Positions 30,822 through 41,344 are shown, numbered from the stretch's first letter. The stretch is DNA of 64,000 bases from Bacillota bacterium (GCA_022706885.1 JAKJBR010000006.1:670-64669), one strand, 5' to 3'. Notes: generated by a model from the letters alone, not told the origin. Numbers and translations are program-made.

Positions 30822-32411
30822 CTATTCTTTTTTAATTGTTATAGTTTTCCTGAAAGGGGCTTCCGCTGTCAAAAAAACGGTGAAAGAGTTTTTGTCGGTC
30901 GGCAGAACCTTATTCATACATATTTTTGAATATTCATCACCGGTAAAATCGCTTTCCACCGTAAGAGCATTGGGAATGTATCTGACCGAAGGCAAATAAG
31001 TGAATTTGCCGTTCTTTACATGAAGATTCTTTCCCGTTCTTGCTCGGAGTGAATAACCGTCACCTTGCAAAAATCCTTCTTTGTCAAACATAAGAACCGC
31101 CGCACAGGGATACGGCTGATCGGCTTTTGTCTCTACGGATATTGTTGCTTTGTCGGGTTGGAATACGCAGTCCAATATAACTTCGGTTTTGTCATCGTTT
31201 CCGTACAGTCTGTATCCTGCGTGCGTTTTTTCAATTCTGTCAAATTCCATATACTTATCCGACAAAAACATCATATATATACCTAAGAATCTGTACATAT
31301 ATTTTACGGGCATAACATTCTTTGCAAGAACCGTCATGGAGGTATCGCCGTCTCTCATGCGGGCTATGTCGGAATAGGGAAAGAAGGCGTCATAATGAGT
31401 ATAATCAAATGGCAAAATGGCAACCTCCCCGTCAAAAAACTCAGAATATTCCATATTCCGTATGATATGTGCCGTGAAGCAATAATAGCCCAGCTCACCT
31501 GTGTCAATAGGATTGTTGCTGCACATATCGAATATCACTTTGGCCATATATGCAAATTGAGGATTTCTGTCTATGTGGGCCATTACCATATAGCCTTCAA
31601 AAAGAGTAAAAGGATAGATTCTGGTTCCGACATCCTGTCTGGAGGAATTAAGGGTATATAAGGTTCCGTCCGGCTCGATATATTTCATAGACATATACAG
31701 ATTACGTCTTACATGCTCCAAAAATTCCGGCCTGTTCAACTCACGGGCCAATATGATAAGCGACTCGTTATTTGTCAGGTTATATATCGATATGGACCGC
31801 TCTGCATATTCGCCGTATTCATCACAGTCAATTCCTTCATCAAGATACTTATTTATTTCACTCATCAGCTCCGGCATATCCAATATATTCATTACCATTG
31901 CAAGACCGCTGGCAACAACCCATCTGTGGTTGGGGGTGTGGAATCCTTTACCTACCATTCCGTCTGCCGATTTTGTCAGATAATTTATTATAGTGTTGTA
32001 GACTTTCACTTCCAAAGCGGAAGGTGACGATTTTTTTTGCATGTAGTTTTTAAGCATACGAAAAGCCGGTACGATTGTCCTTACGGAAAATGCAACGGAT
32101 GTAGGGTCATGCGGATTGGTGGCTGTAAGATCCATCGTATTATCCGGATGCATATGTTTCAGCCCGTGCTTCAAACCTATTAAAGCACGCTGTAAGAGCA
32201 GTTGGTTTTTATAGAACCGGGATAGCGGATGGCAGTATCTGGTAATATAGGTTGCGGCTACCAGTATAGATCGTGTAGGTTCATTGTATCCCGCCGTACG
32301 ATCCGGTACATTTCCGTAATACACGGAATCGGGATCGGTACATTGCGCATTCAGCTGGTTTTCTATAATATCATCGGAACGTCTTATTCTTTCTTTAATC
32401 AGTTCTTTCAT
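30822..32411 (-). CDS. uncharacterised protein with an alpha-helical-rich N-terminal half and a beta-rich C-terminal half (candidate glycan-active enzyme)
   Basis: 529 aa. FHTPNHRW motif and a C-terminal beta-rich domain. No signal peptide. Confidence 0.5.
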   Translation of the reverse strand: MKELIKERIRRSDDIIENQLNAQCTDPDSVYYGNVPDRTAGYNEPTRSILVAATYITRYCHPLSRFYKNQLLLQRALIGLKHGLKHMHPDNTMDLTATNPHDPTSVAFSVRTIVPAFRMLKNYMQKKSSPSALEVKVYNTIINYLTKSADGMVGKGFHTPNHRWVVASGLAMVMNILDMPELMSEINKYLDEGIDCDEYGEYAERSISIYNLTNNESLIILARELNRPEFLEHVRRNLYMSMKYIEPDGTLYTLNSSRQDVGTRIYPFTLFEGYMVMAHIDRNPQFAYMAKVIFDMCSNNPIDTGELGYYCFTAHIIRNMEYSEFFDGEVAILPFDYTHYDAFFPYSDIARMRDGDTSMTVLAKNVMPVKYMYRFLGIYMMFLSDKYMEFDRIEKTHAGYRLYGNDDKTEVILDCVFQPDKATISVETKADQPYPCAAVLMFDKEGFLQGDGYSLRARTGKNLHVKNGKFTYLPSVRYIPNALTVESDFTGDEYSKICMNKVLPTDKNSFTVFLTAEAPFRKTITIKKE

Positions 32412-34015
32412 ATTCTGTCACCTCTTATCCTGACGGTATGTACTGACGGCGTCATACCCGTAAAATAAACGGTAAAGGAGTTTTCTATCGGCGGATTGCT
32501 GCCTCTCAGACCTTCACTGCCGATGGATAATTCATTAAATGCCGGACCTGCCGTTATACGGTCATGCCCTGCGGTATAAGTGAAACTGCCTTGCTGAAGC
32601 TGAATAAAATCATTGCCTGCAGCCTGTGTGGAAGCATAGTCGCAATCAAACAAACCGTGTTTTTCGAATATAAGGTCCAGCTTGGTTGCTAAACCGTCCG
32701 TTCCCTTAATTGATATGGTTATATCCGCTCCGTTATCCAGAAACTTTATATCGGCCTGCATATCTATATGTTGCAGATTGGTCATTGTTCTGTCGACTTT
32801 ATTGACATCCTGACCTATAATCGCAGGAACCGATCGGTCTTCCAGCGGCAGCCAATACCCCCAATCCCTTATATACCTCAACCTCAATCCGGTATCGGTT
32901 TCTTCCAGCACATCACTTCTGAAACGCCCTCTCGGCCCGAAGTATGTGGTATTGAACCGGAGACGCACCTTTAAATCTCCGCACTGCATGGTGTAGAAAG
33001 TATCCTGTTCTTTGGACACTGTCTGGGATATATACGTACCGGTTCCGTGACGATAAACATTATCGCCGACAAACCCGTTAAATGCGGATAAGGCCTTGCT
33101 TTTTGTTGTTTTATGTAAAATGATGCTGAAAAGCTTTTTGTTTAACAAAGTAAAAACAGGCAGTAAAAGTACATTGTCACTGCTTTTCGGACAACCGTTT
33201 TCATCAATTAAATCAAATACATAGGAAAGAACATTGCAGAGCCTCTCATTGTTGTCTGTAAAAGCCAGATACAGCAAAGAATCGATATAGTCCCAAAGAT
33301 AAACAGTTGCACTTCTTTTATCGAGATTATTCTTTTCTTCTTTCAAGTCTATTACGGTATTGTCCGGCTCCGTAAGTTTAAGCACCGATGTCATAACATT
33401 CAATGCCTTTTTTAAGTATTGTTTGTCTTTGGTTTCGTTGTGTATGTCGCAAAGTGCCTGCAAATATTGAACGGAAAAATATTCTTCATCCCGCACCCTT
33501 TCTTTCATTTCTTTGACGCATTGCTTCAGGTTGTTATCTTCCATATCTCTTGCGCAGTGAATCAGTGCCGCATATTTGAAAACGGTATCTTCTTTCAAAC
33601 TTTGTATCAGCGGTTTAGCACCCTCTATATAATCTAAAGCTGCTCTCTGTAAGTCTTTGCCTATATGTGTATCGTGGGTAAACAATTCTTTCGTATATTT
33701 CTCTGCCAATCTGTATACATACGATGCATGTATGACTGACATACAAAAAGATACAGGTTCGTACATGCCTTTATTGACAAGTGCAATTGCATTGTTAAGA
33801 TATTCCGAAGCTGCTTTTAACAGTGATGCCGACCGGTAATTTCTTGAAAAAGGATTAAAACAAACACTTGTTATAATCAATGTTTTTCTGATGGATATTG
33901 CCGAAGGAGCAATGTATTCTTTATTGTAAGGATCGGATTTTTCCGTTGTAAAAACAGTTATTGACGAGACATATCTGTCGGTAAGATCGGTTATTTTATC
34001 GATATATTCATCCAT
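32408..34015 (-). CDS. uncharacterised protein, similar alpha-rich N-terminal and beta-rich C-terminal organisation to 30822 (possible distant paralog)
   Basis: 535 aa. Overlaps the downstream gene by 4 nt, so the two form an operon. Confidence 0.5.
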   Translation of the reverse strand: MDEYIDKITDLTDRYVSSITVFTTEKSDPYNKEYIAPSAISIRKTLIITSVCFNPFSRNYRSASLLKAASEYLNNAIALVNKGMYEPVSFCMSVIHASYVYRLAEKYTKELFTHDTHIGKDLQRAALDYIEGAKPLIQSLKEDTVFKYAALIHCARDMEDNNLKQCVKEMKERVRDEEYFSVQYLQALCDIHNETKDKQYLKKALNVMTSVLKLTEPDNTVIDLKEEKNNLDKRSATVYLWDYIDSLLYLAFTDNNERLCNVLSYVFDLIDENGCPKSSDNVLLLPVFTLLNKKLFSIILHKTTKSKALSAFNGFVGDNVYRHGTGTYISQTVSKEQDTFYTMQCGDLKVRLRFNTTYFGPRGRFRSDVLEETDTGLRLRYIRDWGYWLPLEDRSVPAIIGQDVNKVDRTMTNLQHIDMQADIKFLDNGADITISIKGTDGLATKLDLIFEKHGLFDCDYASTQAAGNDFIQLQQGSFTYTAGHDRITAGPAFNELSIGSEGLRGSNPPIENSFTVYFTGMTPSVHTVRIRGDRI

Positions 34016-34226
34016 AGGTTACTCACTTTCAAGGTGATTATAGCACAAGCGATTTATTCGTCAACATCAAAGGGATGTGCCAACTCTAAAGGAAAATTTT
34101 GCATATATTTCGGCATGTCCGCATCTTAATAACTTATAATAGTAAAAGAGCATATAACTTTATCAAAAATTCATTTGTATGATTATAGTTGTTAATATAT
34201 AATAAAATCAAACGGAGGTAATAATA

Positions 34227-34787
34227 ATGGGATGGATGATACTTGGTTATGTTGTATTAGGAGTTATACTGCTTGTAGCAGTGTATTTTATCGCTACGTA
34301 TAACGCATTTATACGCTTAAGGAACAAATATGAGGAAGCATTTGCCGCAATCGATGTGTTCTGTAAAAAGCGGTATGATTTGATACCCAATCTTATTGAA
34401 ACAATAAAAGGATATGCAAAGCATGAAGAACAGACTTTTATCAAAGTAGTGGAAGCCAGAGCAAAAGCAATGCAAAGTAAAACCGTTGCCGAATCACAGG
34501 CAAATGAGACGGCACTGGAAGGTGCCCTTAAAAGTCTTTTCGCACTGGCGGAGAGCTATCCGGATTTAAAAGCCAATCAGGGGTTTTTGGATTTGCAGGC
34601 ACAGTTGACCACTATTGAAGGAGAGCTTGCAGGTTCCAGAAGATATTACAATGCAATTGTACAGTCTTTCAATACAAAGACACAGACAATCCCCAGTTCC
34701 TTTGTGGCAAGTATATGCAGATTTGAAAAACAGCCTTACTATGAAGTTGCAGAGGAAGCACGCGAAAACGTAAAAGTGAGCTTTTAA
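34227..34787 (+). CDS. lemA: LemA family protein
   Basis: N-terminal transmembrane segment, then a LemA motif block (YNAF...YDLIPNL...). Confidence 0.85.
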   Translation: MGWMILGYVVLGVILLVAVYFIATYNAFIRLRNKYEEAFAAIDVFCKKRYDLIPNLIETIKGYAKHEEQTFIKVVEARAKAMQSKTVAESQANETALEGALKSLFALAESYPDLKANQGFLDLQAQLTTIEGELAGSRRYYNAIVQSFNTKTQTIPSSFVASICRFEKQPYYEVAEEARENVKVSF

Positions 34788-34792
34788 GAGGT

Positions 34793-37255
34793 ATGAAAAA
34801 AACAGGTTTTTATAGAAGTATAGTGTCAATAGCGCTGTCAGTTTTACTGATATGCGCTTTTTTACCGGTTTTTGCGTATGATGTGAACGGATACCATATT
34901 TCCGATTATGACATTGCAATAGATGTAGGTGAAGACAATGTAATGTACATAACGGAGAATATTGCTGCTGTTTTTACCGAAAGCGGCAAGCACGGTATAA
35001 TACGTACAATTCCCACCGTTTTCGGAAATCAGAGAGTTTTTATCGACGACATATATGTTGATAAAACCTATGTAGTGAGTACTGAAGCGGATTATGTTTC
35101 CATACGTATAGGTGATGCCGACAAAACCGTTAAAGGTGAGGTTAAATACAAAATAACTTATCGTTACGATTACGGTGATGACCAACAAGATGCTTACGAT
35201 AAGATTTACCATAACATATTGGGAACCGACTGGGACTGTGATATTTATAAAGTCACATTCACTGTAAACATGCCCAAATCGTTTGATAAAGAGAAAATAA
35301 GCATTACATACGGGGACAGGTACAGTGATAATAAATATACGGGATATACCGTTTCGGGAAACAGCATAAAAGGACAACTGACCGACCTGTCCGCTTACCA
35401 GGGAATTACTCTGGCTTTGGAGCTTCCCGAAGGATATTTTGTAAACGAACGTCCCGTAACGGTGTATGACAGGCACGGATATCATATCTCGCATTATGAA
35501 ACCGTTATAGATGTAGGTGAAAACAATGTCATGCATATAACGGAAAATATTACAGCTGATTTTACCGCCTACGGCAAGCACGGTATAATACGTACTCTTC
35601 CCACCATTTTCGAAGGCAAGAGAGTTTATGTAGACAACATATATGTGGACAAGACATATGTAGTGGAGCATGCAAGAGAATATGTTTCCATTCGGATAGG
35701 CGACGCCGATAAAATTGTCGAGGGCGAGGTTAAATACAAAATATCCTATGATTACGACTACGGCGACGACTTGGAAGAAGCATACGACAAGATTTACCAT
35801 AATATACTGGGAAGAGACTGGGACTGCGATGTTTATCTGGTTACTTTCACGGTGAATATGCCTAAACCGTTTGACAAAGAGAAAATAAGTATTACATACG
35901 GGGATTGGTATAGTGACACAAGGTATACCGGATATACCGTAACGGGTAATACCATAAAAGGACAACTGTCCGGTCTGTATTCCTATCAATCGGTTACACT
36001 TGCACTGGAACTTCCTGAAGGATATTTTGTAAACGAACGTCCTGCAGCGGGTGTAAGGATTCCGGTCATAGCGATAGTAGCTCCGGTATCCGTACTGATT
36101 CTGGTACTCATAATATTGGGCTGGACAAAAAAAGGAAGAGACCAACAGATTATCTCCGTACCGCAGTTTTATCCCATTGAAGGACAGTCTCCTGCGGAAG
36201 TGGGCTATATAATCGACGGAGTTATCAATAACAAAGATATTACCTCTTTATTGTTCTACTGGGCGGACAAGGGGTATCTGGAGATAACGGAAAAGCGTTG
36301 GAGCTATGAGTTTACAAGACTGACCGTGCCGGTATTTGAAAATGACTATGAGCGGTATATGTTCAACAAACTGTTTGAATACGGAGACGGTGACACGGTT
36401 ACCACTGACGATTTGAAGGATAATTTCTATTCCGCCGTTCCGAATATAAAGAGCAAATTGAAACAGGTTTTCAAAGGGAGAAAAGAACTGGTTTCCAAAG
36501 ATTCATTAAAAGCCCGCATGGAATATTTTATGTTGGCTTTGGTGCCTTTTGCGGTATTTCTGGCAGTGCTGTTTCTGGAGTTCTTTGATATGGGGTTTTT
36601 AATAGCGTTTATACTGATTTACGGAGGTTTTTATGCAACCCTCGGTTTCATGTATGTTAATGCGGAAAATAAATGGAATATAATCGGTAAATTCAGAAAA
36701 TTACTGTATGCGGTAGCGGTGGTAATCATGTTGATTTTAACAACCGTAATCGGTCATGCGATAATTACCGACGGGTACTATTACTTTAATATCAGGACAT
36801 ATTCGATAGCATACTTCATTGTCGCTTTTGTAACCGCAATATCGCTGGCATATTGTGCTGCGATGAAGAAACGTTCGGAATACGGACAGTATGTTCTGGA
36901 GTACAATCTGGGATTCAAGGACTTTATAGCCAATGCCGAAATGGACAAGTTAAAAACGCTTATTGATGAGGATCCGAAATACTTTTACAATATACTGCCT
37001 TATGCAATAGTATTGGGTCTGGAAAGAAAATGGGGCAGGAAGTTTGAAAACATAATTACGCAACCGCCCGATTGGTATCACGGATCCAGTATGAGGGCAT
37101 TTTCCACGATGCATATGTTATCCGGAATGAACAGCTGTCTTGCCCGGACGACATCATCCATGGTTCAGGCACCCAGCTCCAGCAGCGGAGGCGGATTCTC
37201 ATCGGGAGGATTTTCCGGAGGAGGCGGCGGTGGCGGTGGCGGTTCCAGCTGGTAA
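34793..37255 (+). CDS. DUF2207-domain membrane protein with duplicated ectodomain and Gly/Ser-rich C-terminal tail
   Basis: Canonical LemA partner. The signal peptide is followed by two tandem ~195-aa DUF2207-like beta-sandwich repeats, then several transmembrane segments and a GGGGGGGGSSW tail. Confidence 0.8.
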   Translation: MKKTGFYRSIVSIALSVLLICAFLPVFAYDVNGYHISDYDIAIDVGEDNVMYITENIAAVFTESGKHGIIRTIPTVFGNQRVFIDDIYVDKTYVVSTEADYVSIRIGDADKTVKGEVKYKITYRYDYGDDQQDAYDKIYHNILGTDWDCDIYKVTFTVNMPKSFDKEKISITYGDRYSDNKYTGYTVSGNSIKGQLTDLSAYQGITLALELPEGYFVNERPVTVYDRHGYHISHYETVIDVGENNVMHITENITADFTAYGKHGIIRTLPTIFEGKRVYVDNIYVDKTYVVEHAREYVSIRIGDADKIVEGEVKYKISYDYDYGDDLEEAYDKIYHNILGRDWDCDVYLVTFTVNMPKPFDKEKISITYGDWYSDTRYTGYTVTGNTIKGQLSGLYSYQSVTLALELPEGYFVNERPAAGVRIPVIAIVAPVSVLILVLIILGWTKKGRDQQIISVPQFYPIEGQSPAEVGYIIDGVINNKDITSLLFYWADKGYLEITEKRWSYEFTRLTVPVFENDYERYMFNKLFEYGDGDTVTTDDLKDNFYSAVPNIKSKLKQVFKGRKELVSKDSLKARMEYFMLALVPFAVFLAVLFLEFFDMGFLIAFILIYGGFYATLGFMYVNAENKWNIIGKFRKLLYAVAVVIMLILTTVIGHAIITDGYYYFNIRTYSIAYFIVAFVTAISLAYCAAMKKRSEYGQYVLEYNLGFKDFIANAEMDKLKTLIDEDPKYFYNILPYAIVLGLERKWGRKFENIITQPPDWYHGSSMRAFSTMHMLSGMNSCLARTTSSMVQAPSSSSGGGFSSGGFSGGGGGGGGGSSW
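34880..36045 (+). repeat. intragenic tandem duplication (2 x ~585 bp) of the DUF2207 ectodomain
   Basis: The two units are collinear and about 80-85% identical at the protein level, for example GKHGIIRT(I/L)PT(V/I)F...DKIYHNILG(T/R)DWDCD...LALELPEGYFVNERP. Confidence 0.75.
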
Positions 37256-37292
37256 TAAGTAGTTGATTTAACATATGGAAGGAGTATGAGAA

Positions 37293-39086
37293 ATGACAAA
37301 GAAAAACAACGTTGAAAGACTGAAAGGCACTTTGCCTAAAGTCGGCATAAGACCTGCAATTGACGGAAGAAGAAGAGGCGTCAGAGAAGAACTGGAGCCT
37401 GTTGTGATGGGAATGGCTTATTCCGCAGCGGAATTCATTTCACAGAATCTGAAGTATCCCAACGGAATGCCCGTTGAATGTGTTGTAGCCGATACCTGCA
37501 TAGGAAATGTGGCGGAAGCTGCGGCATGTGCGGAGAAATTCGCAAGAGAAGGTGTAGGACTTACACTGACGGTTACACGTTGCTGGTGTTACGGAAGCGA
37601 AACAATGGATATGGACCCGTATATGCCCAAAGCGGTCTGGGGTTTTAACGGAACCGAAAGACCGGGAGCCGTATACCTTGCAGCGGTTTTAGCTGCTCAC
37701 AGCCAGAAGGGACTGCCCGCATTTGGAATATACGGAAAAGATGTACAGGATGCCAATGATACCGAGATACCCGAAGATGTACGGGAAAAATTGCTTAATT
37801 TCGTAAGAGCGGGACTTGCCGTAGCCTATATGAGAGGTAAATCCTATGTCAGTTTGGGAAATGTTTCAATGGGAATAGCCGGATCTATTGCCAATCCCGA
37901 ATTCTATCAGAAGTATCTGGGTATAAGAAACGAGTATCTGGATATGTCGGAGTTTATCCGCAGGATGAACGAGGGGATATATAATAAGAAAGAATTTAAG
38001 ACCGCTTTAGAGTGGACAAGAAAGAACTGCAAGGAAGGCAAAGACTATAACAAGGTGCCCAACTCCCGTCAGAAGAAAGACAAAGAGTGGGAAACCTGCG
38101 TTAAAATGGCTATGATTGCAAAAGACATTATGACCGGAAGCGACTATCTCACAAAGAAAGGATTTGAAGAAGAAGGTTGCGGAAAGAATGCAATTTTAGC
38201 GGGATTCCAGGGCCAGAGACAATGGACCGATTTTATGCCCAACGGAGACTTTATGGAAGCCATACTGAACTCCTCATTTGACTGGACCGGAATACGTCAA
38301 CCATATTTGGTGGCAACCGAGAATGACGGACTTAACGGAACGGCAATGCTTTTCGGACATCTCCTGACAGCAGGTACCGCACAGATATTTGCCGATGTCA
38401 GAACCTACTGGAGTCCCGATGCTGTAAAGAGAGTAACGGGTTATACGCTTAAAGGACATGCCAAGAACGGTATTATCCACCTTATAAACTCCGGAGCGGC
38501 AGCTTTGGACGGCACCGGCAGATGTGAAAAGAACGGCGAACCTGCAATGAAACCTTTCTATGAAATAACCGAAGAAGAAGCGCAAGCCTGTCTGGACCAC
38601 ACCACATGGGGACCGGCAAGCTTAGGATATTTCAGAGGAGGCGGTTTCTCTTCCACATTCTTAACAAGAGGCGGAATGCCCGTTACCATGACAAGAATGA
38701 ATCTGGTGGACGGATTAGGACCGGTATTCCAGATTGCCGAAGGCTGGACGGTGGATATCGATCCCAAAGCGCATAACATACTTAACTTAAGAACCGACCC
38801 GACATGGCCTACAACATATTTCGCACCGCGTCTCACAGGCGAAGGGGCTTTCACCAGCGTATATGATGTTATGGCTAAATGGGGAGCAAACCACGGAGTG
38901 CTGACATACGGACATGTGGGAGACCGCTTTATCACATTATGTTCCATGTTGAGAATACCGGTGAATATGCATAACGTTGAGGAGCATAAGATATACAGAC
39001 CCAGCGCATGGTCTTCCTTCGGAACAAACGATTTAGAAGGTGCCGACTACAGAGCATGTAAGAACTTCGGACCTCTGTATAAGTAA
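37293..39086 (+). CDS. fucI: L-fucose isomerase
   Basis: Collinear with E. coli FucI throughout, for example [79 protein letters not shown] and the C-terminal [10 protein letters not shown]. Confidence 0.9.
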   Translation: MTKKNNVERLKGTLPKVGIRPAIDGRRRGVREELEPVVMGMAYSAAEFISQNLKYPNGMPVECVVADTCIGNVAEAAACAEKFAREGVGLTLTVTRCWCYGSETMDMDPYMPKAVWGFNGTERPGAVYLAAVLAAHSQKGLPAFGIYGKDVQDANDTEIPEDVREKLLNFVRAGLAVAYMRGKSYVSLGNVSMGIAGSIANPEFYQKYLGIRNEYLDMSEFIRRMNEGIYNKKEFKTALEWTRKNCKEGKDYNKVPNSRQKKDKEWETCVKMAMIAKDIMTGSDYLTKKGFEEEGCGKNAILAGFQGQRQWTDFMPNGDFMEAILNSSFDWTGIRQPYLVATENDGLNGTAMLFGHLLTAGTAQIFADVRTYWSPDAVKRVTGYTLKGHAKNGIIHLINSGAAALDGTGRCEKNGEPAMKPFYEITEEEAQACLDHTTWGPASLGYFRGGGFSSTFLTRGGMPVTMTRMNLVDGLGPVFQIAEGWTVDIDPKAHNILNLRTDPTWPTTYFAPRLTGEGAFTSVYDVMAKWGANHGVLTYGHVGDRFITLCSMLRIPVNMHNVEEHKIYRPSAWSSFGTNDLEGADYRACKNFGPLYK

Positions 39087-39170
39087 AAGACACATAAATA
39101 GGAACTTTTGACATATACATTAATGAATATTAAGGTATAATTTAGTATGCATATATGGAGGGAAAGTACT

Positions 39171-40406
39171 ATGGCTTTGACTGAAAAAGAAATATCCGTT
39201 TTGCAGGAAACGGCAAAGAAATATATGGAATATGCAAATCTTCCGGTCCAAAAAGAAAAGATAGAACTTTGGAAGGCATTGAACAGAGGGAAAATGCAAC
39301 GACCCATGGTTGTAATGGACCAATTTCCCTGGAATGAGCTTAACAATGAAGGCGAACTGGATTTGTTTGTGGAGGATCCCGTTTTCCGAAGAGTAGAGCG
39401 CTATTTGAAAAGGGAAATATATAAGTATAAGCATTTTCCCGTGGATATGGTTTTAGACCCGTTTATACGGGTTCCCAAAGCCATAGACAATACCGGTTTC
39501 GGTATAAAAGTGGAAGAAGAAACGCTGTATGCATCGGGCAATGTCAGTTCCCATGTTTTTAAAAACCAACTGGAGACAAAGGAAGATGCTGAAAAGATTA
39601 AAGACATGATAATAACCCATGACGAGAAAGAGACCGAAAGAAGATTTGAAACGGCATCGGAAATATTCAAAGGAATTGCTCCGGTAATGATGGAAGGCAG
39701 AACCTGTCATCTGGGTGTATGGGATAATCTCACGCAGTTCATGGGAGTGGAGAATATATATTTCGATTTAGTAGACGAGCCGGATAAGCTTCATCTGTTT
39801 ATGGAGAGAATGACCACTTCGGTTATAAAGGGAGTTGAGCAGACAAACAGGCTTAAGATATATGATACAAACGCAAATACCTGCCATTGCTCCTATGTGT
39901 ATACGGATGAATTGCTGCCTGACAGCGGAATGGGTAAAGAAAGCATTACGCAAAACGGTTGGGCATTCGGTCTTGCGCAGCTGTTCTCTTCGGTATCACC
40001 GGCAGTGACCGAAGAGTTCGAGATTCCCTATGTAACAAGGATGGCAAAATACTTCGGTATGATATACTACGGATGCTGTGACCGATTGGATGACAGGCTG
40101 GAGATGGTACTGACAATACCCAACTTAATGAAAGTATCCTGCAGTCCCTGGTCGGACAGAGATGCATTTGCCGAAAAGATAGGCAAAAAAGTGGTAATGA
40201 GCAACAAGCCCACTCCGGCATTTGTAGCCACAACCACAATGGATGAAGAGGAGATAAGGAAAGATCTTCAGTGGACGGTAGATGCGGCAAGAAAGAACAA
40301 TGTAAATCTGGAAATGATACTGAAGGATATATCCACGGTGAAATGTCAACCGGAAAGACTGACAAGGTGGGCTGACATAGCAATGGATGTGGTAAATAAC
40401 TACTAA
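39171..40406 (+). CDS. uncharacterised enzyme, paralog B of the 29563 gene
   Basis: GGAGGG ribosome-binding site before the ATG at 39171. Shares the YYGCCD...IPNLMKVSCSPWSD...SNKPTP block with paralog A. Confidence 0.5.
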   Translation: MALTEKEISVLQETAKKYMEYANLPVQKEKIELWKALNRGKMQRPMVVMDQFPWNELNNEGELDLFVEDPVFRRVERYLKREIYKYKHFPVDMVLDPFIRVPKAIDNTGFGIKVEEETLYASGNVSSHVFKNQLETKEDAEKIKDMIITHDEKETERRFETASEIFKGIAPVMMEGRTCHLGVWDNLTQFMGVENIYFDLVDEPDKLHLFMERMTTSVIKGVEQTNRLKIYDTNANTCHCSYVYTDELLPDSGMGKESITQNGWAFGLAQLFSSVSPAVTEEFEIPYVTRMAKYFGMIYYGCCDRLDDRLEMVLTIPNLMKVSCSPWSDRDAFAEKIGKKVVMSNKPTPAFVATTTMDEEEIRKDLQWTVDAARKNNVNLEMILKDISTVKCQPERLTRWADIAMDVVNNY

Positions 40407-40411
40407 AGATT

Positions 40412-40486
40412 GTCCCGGTAGTATAATGGATAAAACGGGGGATTCCGGTTCCTCAGATGCGGGTTCGATTCCTGTTCGGGACGCCA
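40412..40486 (+). tRNA. tRNA-Arg (anticodon CCG), with encoded CCA
   Basis: Hand-folded cloverleaf. Acceptor GTCCCGG/TCGGGAC with discriminator G and CCA. T-arm GCGGG-TTCGATT-CCTGT. Anticodon arm GGGGA-TTCCGGT-TCCTC, which gives U33 and CCG at positions 34-36. D-loop AATGGATA carries the GG pair. The D-stem has only 3 of 4 pairs, so the isotype call is tentative. Confidence 0.6.
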
Positions 40487-40489
40487 TAA

Positions 40490-40531
40490 AAGAAACGTCT
40501 ATCGCCTAAAAGACGTTTCTTCTTGTGTTTT
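40490..40531 (+). terminator. intrinsic terminator after the tRNA
   Basis: AAGAAACGTCT-loop-AGACGTTTCTT perfect 11-bp stem followed by CTTGTGTTTT. Confidence 0.6.
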
Positions 40532-40595
40532 AGGCAATCATCGGACTGTTTTGGAGTGAAAAATGGTCATAAAATTTTGCAAATGTATGCTAAAT

Positions 40596-40605
40596 GCTTG
40601 CAAGC
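40596..40605. promoter_or_regulatory. perfect 10-bp palindrome GCTTGCAAGC upstream of relB (candidate autoregulatory operator)
   Basis: Lies about 50 nt upstream of the relB start, inside a promoter-like region (TTGCAA ... TACTAC). Confidence 0.35.
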
Positions 40606-40657
40606 TGCAAAAATTTGTGACATACTACAACCAGATAAACATAAGGAGGTTTTTCCA

Positions 40658-40963
40658 ATGGCAAATACAGCTACCGTATATGCAAGAATTGATCCCGAAC
40701 TCAAATCGGATGTCGATTCCATTCTTAATAAGCTTGGAGTAACTCCGTCCGCACTTATCCAAATGCTCTATAGCCAAATCAAACTGACAGAAAGCATTCC
40801 GTTTGAGATTAAAATTCCGGCTAAGATTCCGCTTTCACTCGGAAGCATGTCTGTTGAACGGTTGAACACTGAACTTCAGAAAGGAGTTGACTCGGTGAAA
40901 GCCGGTCGTGTACACTCTGCGGATGAGGTTGACGGAATACTGAATAAGGAGTTCGGTATCTGA
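40658..40963 (+). CDS. relB: RelB/DinJ-family antitoxin
   Basis: AAGGAGG ribosome-binding site. N-terminal RHH-like region (ATVYARIDPELKSDVDSILNKLGVTPSALIQML). Followed 2 nt later by a RelE/ParE toxin gene. Confidence 0.7.
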   Translation: MANTATVYARIDPELKSDVDSILNKLGVTPSALIQMLYSQIKLTESIPFEIKIPAKIPLSLGSMSVERLNTELQKGVDSVKAGRVHSADEVDGILNKEFGI

Positions 40964-40965
40964 TA

Positions 40966-41283
40966 GTGAAGTATTCTGTAAACTATTCCGATGAAGCACT
41001 GGACGATCTTCGGGATATTTATAGCTATATATCCGAATCTCTTATGGAACCGACCATTGCTGCCGGACAGGTTAACCGTATCCGTACTGAAATTAAAGCA
41101 CTTGACAGACTGCCGTTTCGTCACAGTGTTGTTGATTGGGAACCATGGCATACAATGGAAATGCGTCACTTTCCGGTAGACAACTTCGTTGTTTTTTATC
41201 TGGTGGAAGATAAAAGCGTAAATGTTGTTCGCATTTTTTACGGCAGACGGGATATTGAATCAATTATAAAGAATTCCAAATAG
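40966..41283 (+). CDS. relE: RelE/ParE-family toxin
   Basis: 105 aa, GTG start. MKYSVNYSDEALDDLRDIYSYI...FRIFYGRRD matches the ParE/RelE fold signature. Confidence 0.7.
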   Translation: MKYSVNYSDEALDDLRDIYSYISESLMEPTIAAGQVNRIRTEIKALDRLPFRHSVVDWEPWHTMEMRHFPVDNFVVFYLVEDKSVNVVRIFYGRRDIESIIKNSK

Positions 41284-41344
41284 GTTATCTGTCTTTCATA
41301 TCGCAGTGCAACTTCGTTTGATAGGAGTCACGATTACGGTTCAT

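Noticed and set aside
34862-36145. 427-aa minus-strand ORF
   Set aside because: It lies entirely antisense to the DUF2207 gene and owes its length to the internal duplication. It has no ribosome-binding site, and the plus-strand gene is strongly supported by the LemA pairing and domain structure.
40412-40486. Whether the tRNA-like element is a pseudo-tRNA
   Set aside because: The D-stem has only 3 of 4 pairs and the T-stem has two G-U pairs. However, the acceptor stem, U33, the T-loop TTCGATT, the discriminator and the CCA are all correctly placed, so it is kept as a tRNA call with moderate confidence.
40876-41169. 97-aa minus-strand ORF (and its near-copy 51544-51756)
   Set aside because: It is the mirror reading of the relB/relE sequence. 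It appears twice only because the underlying DNA is duplicated.
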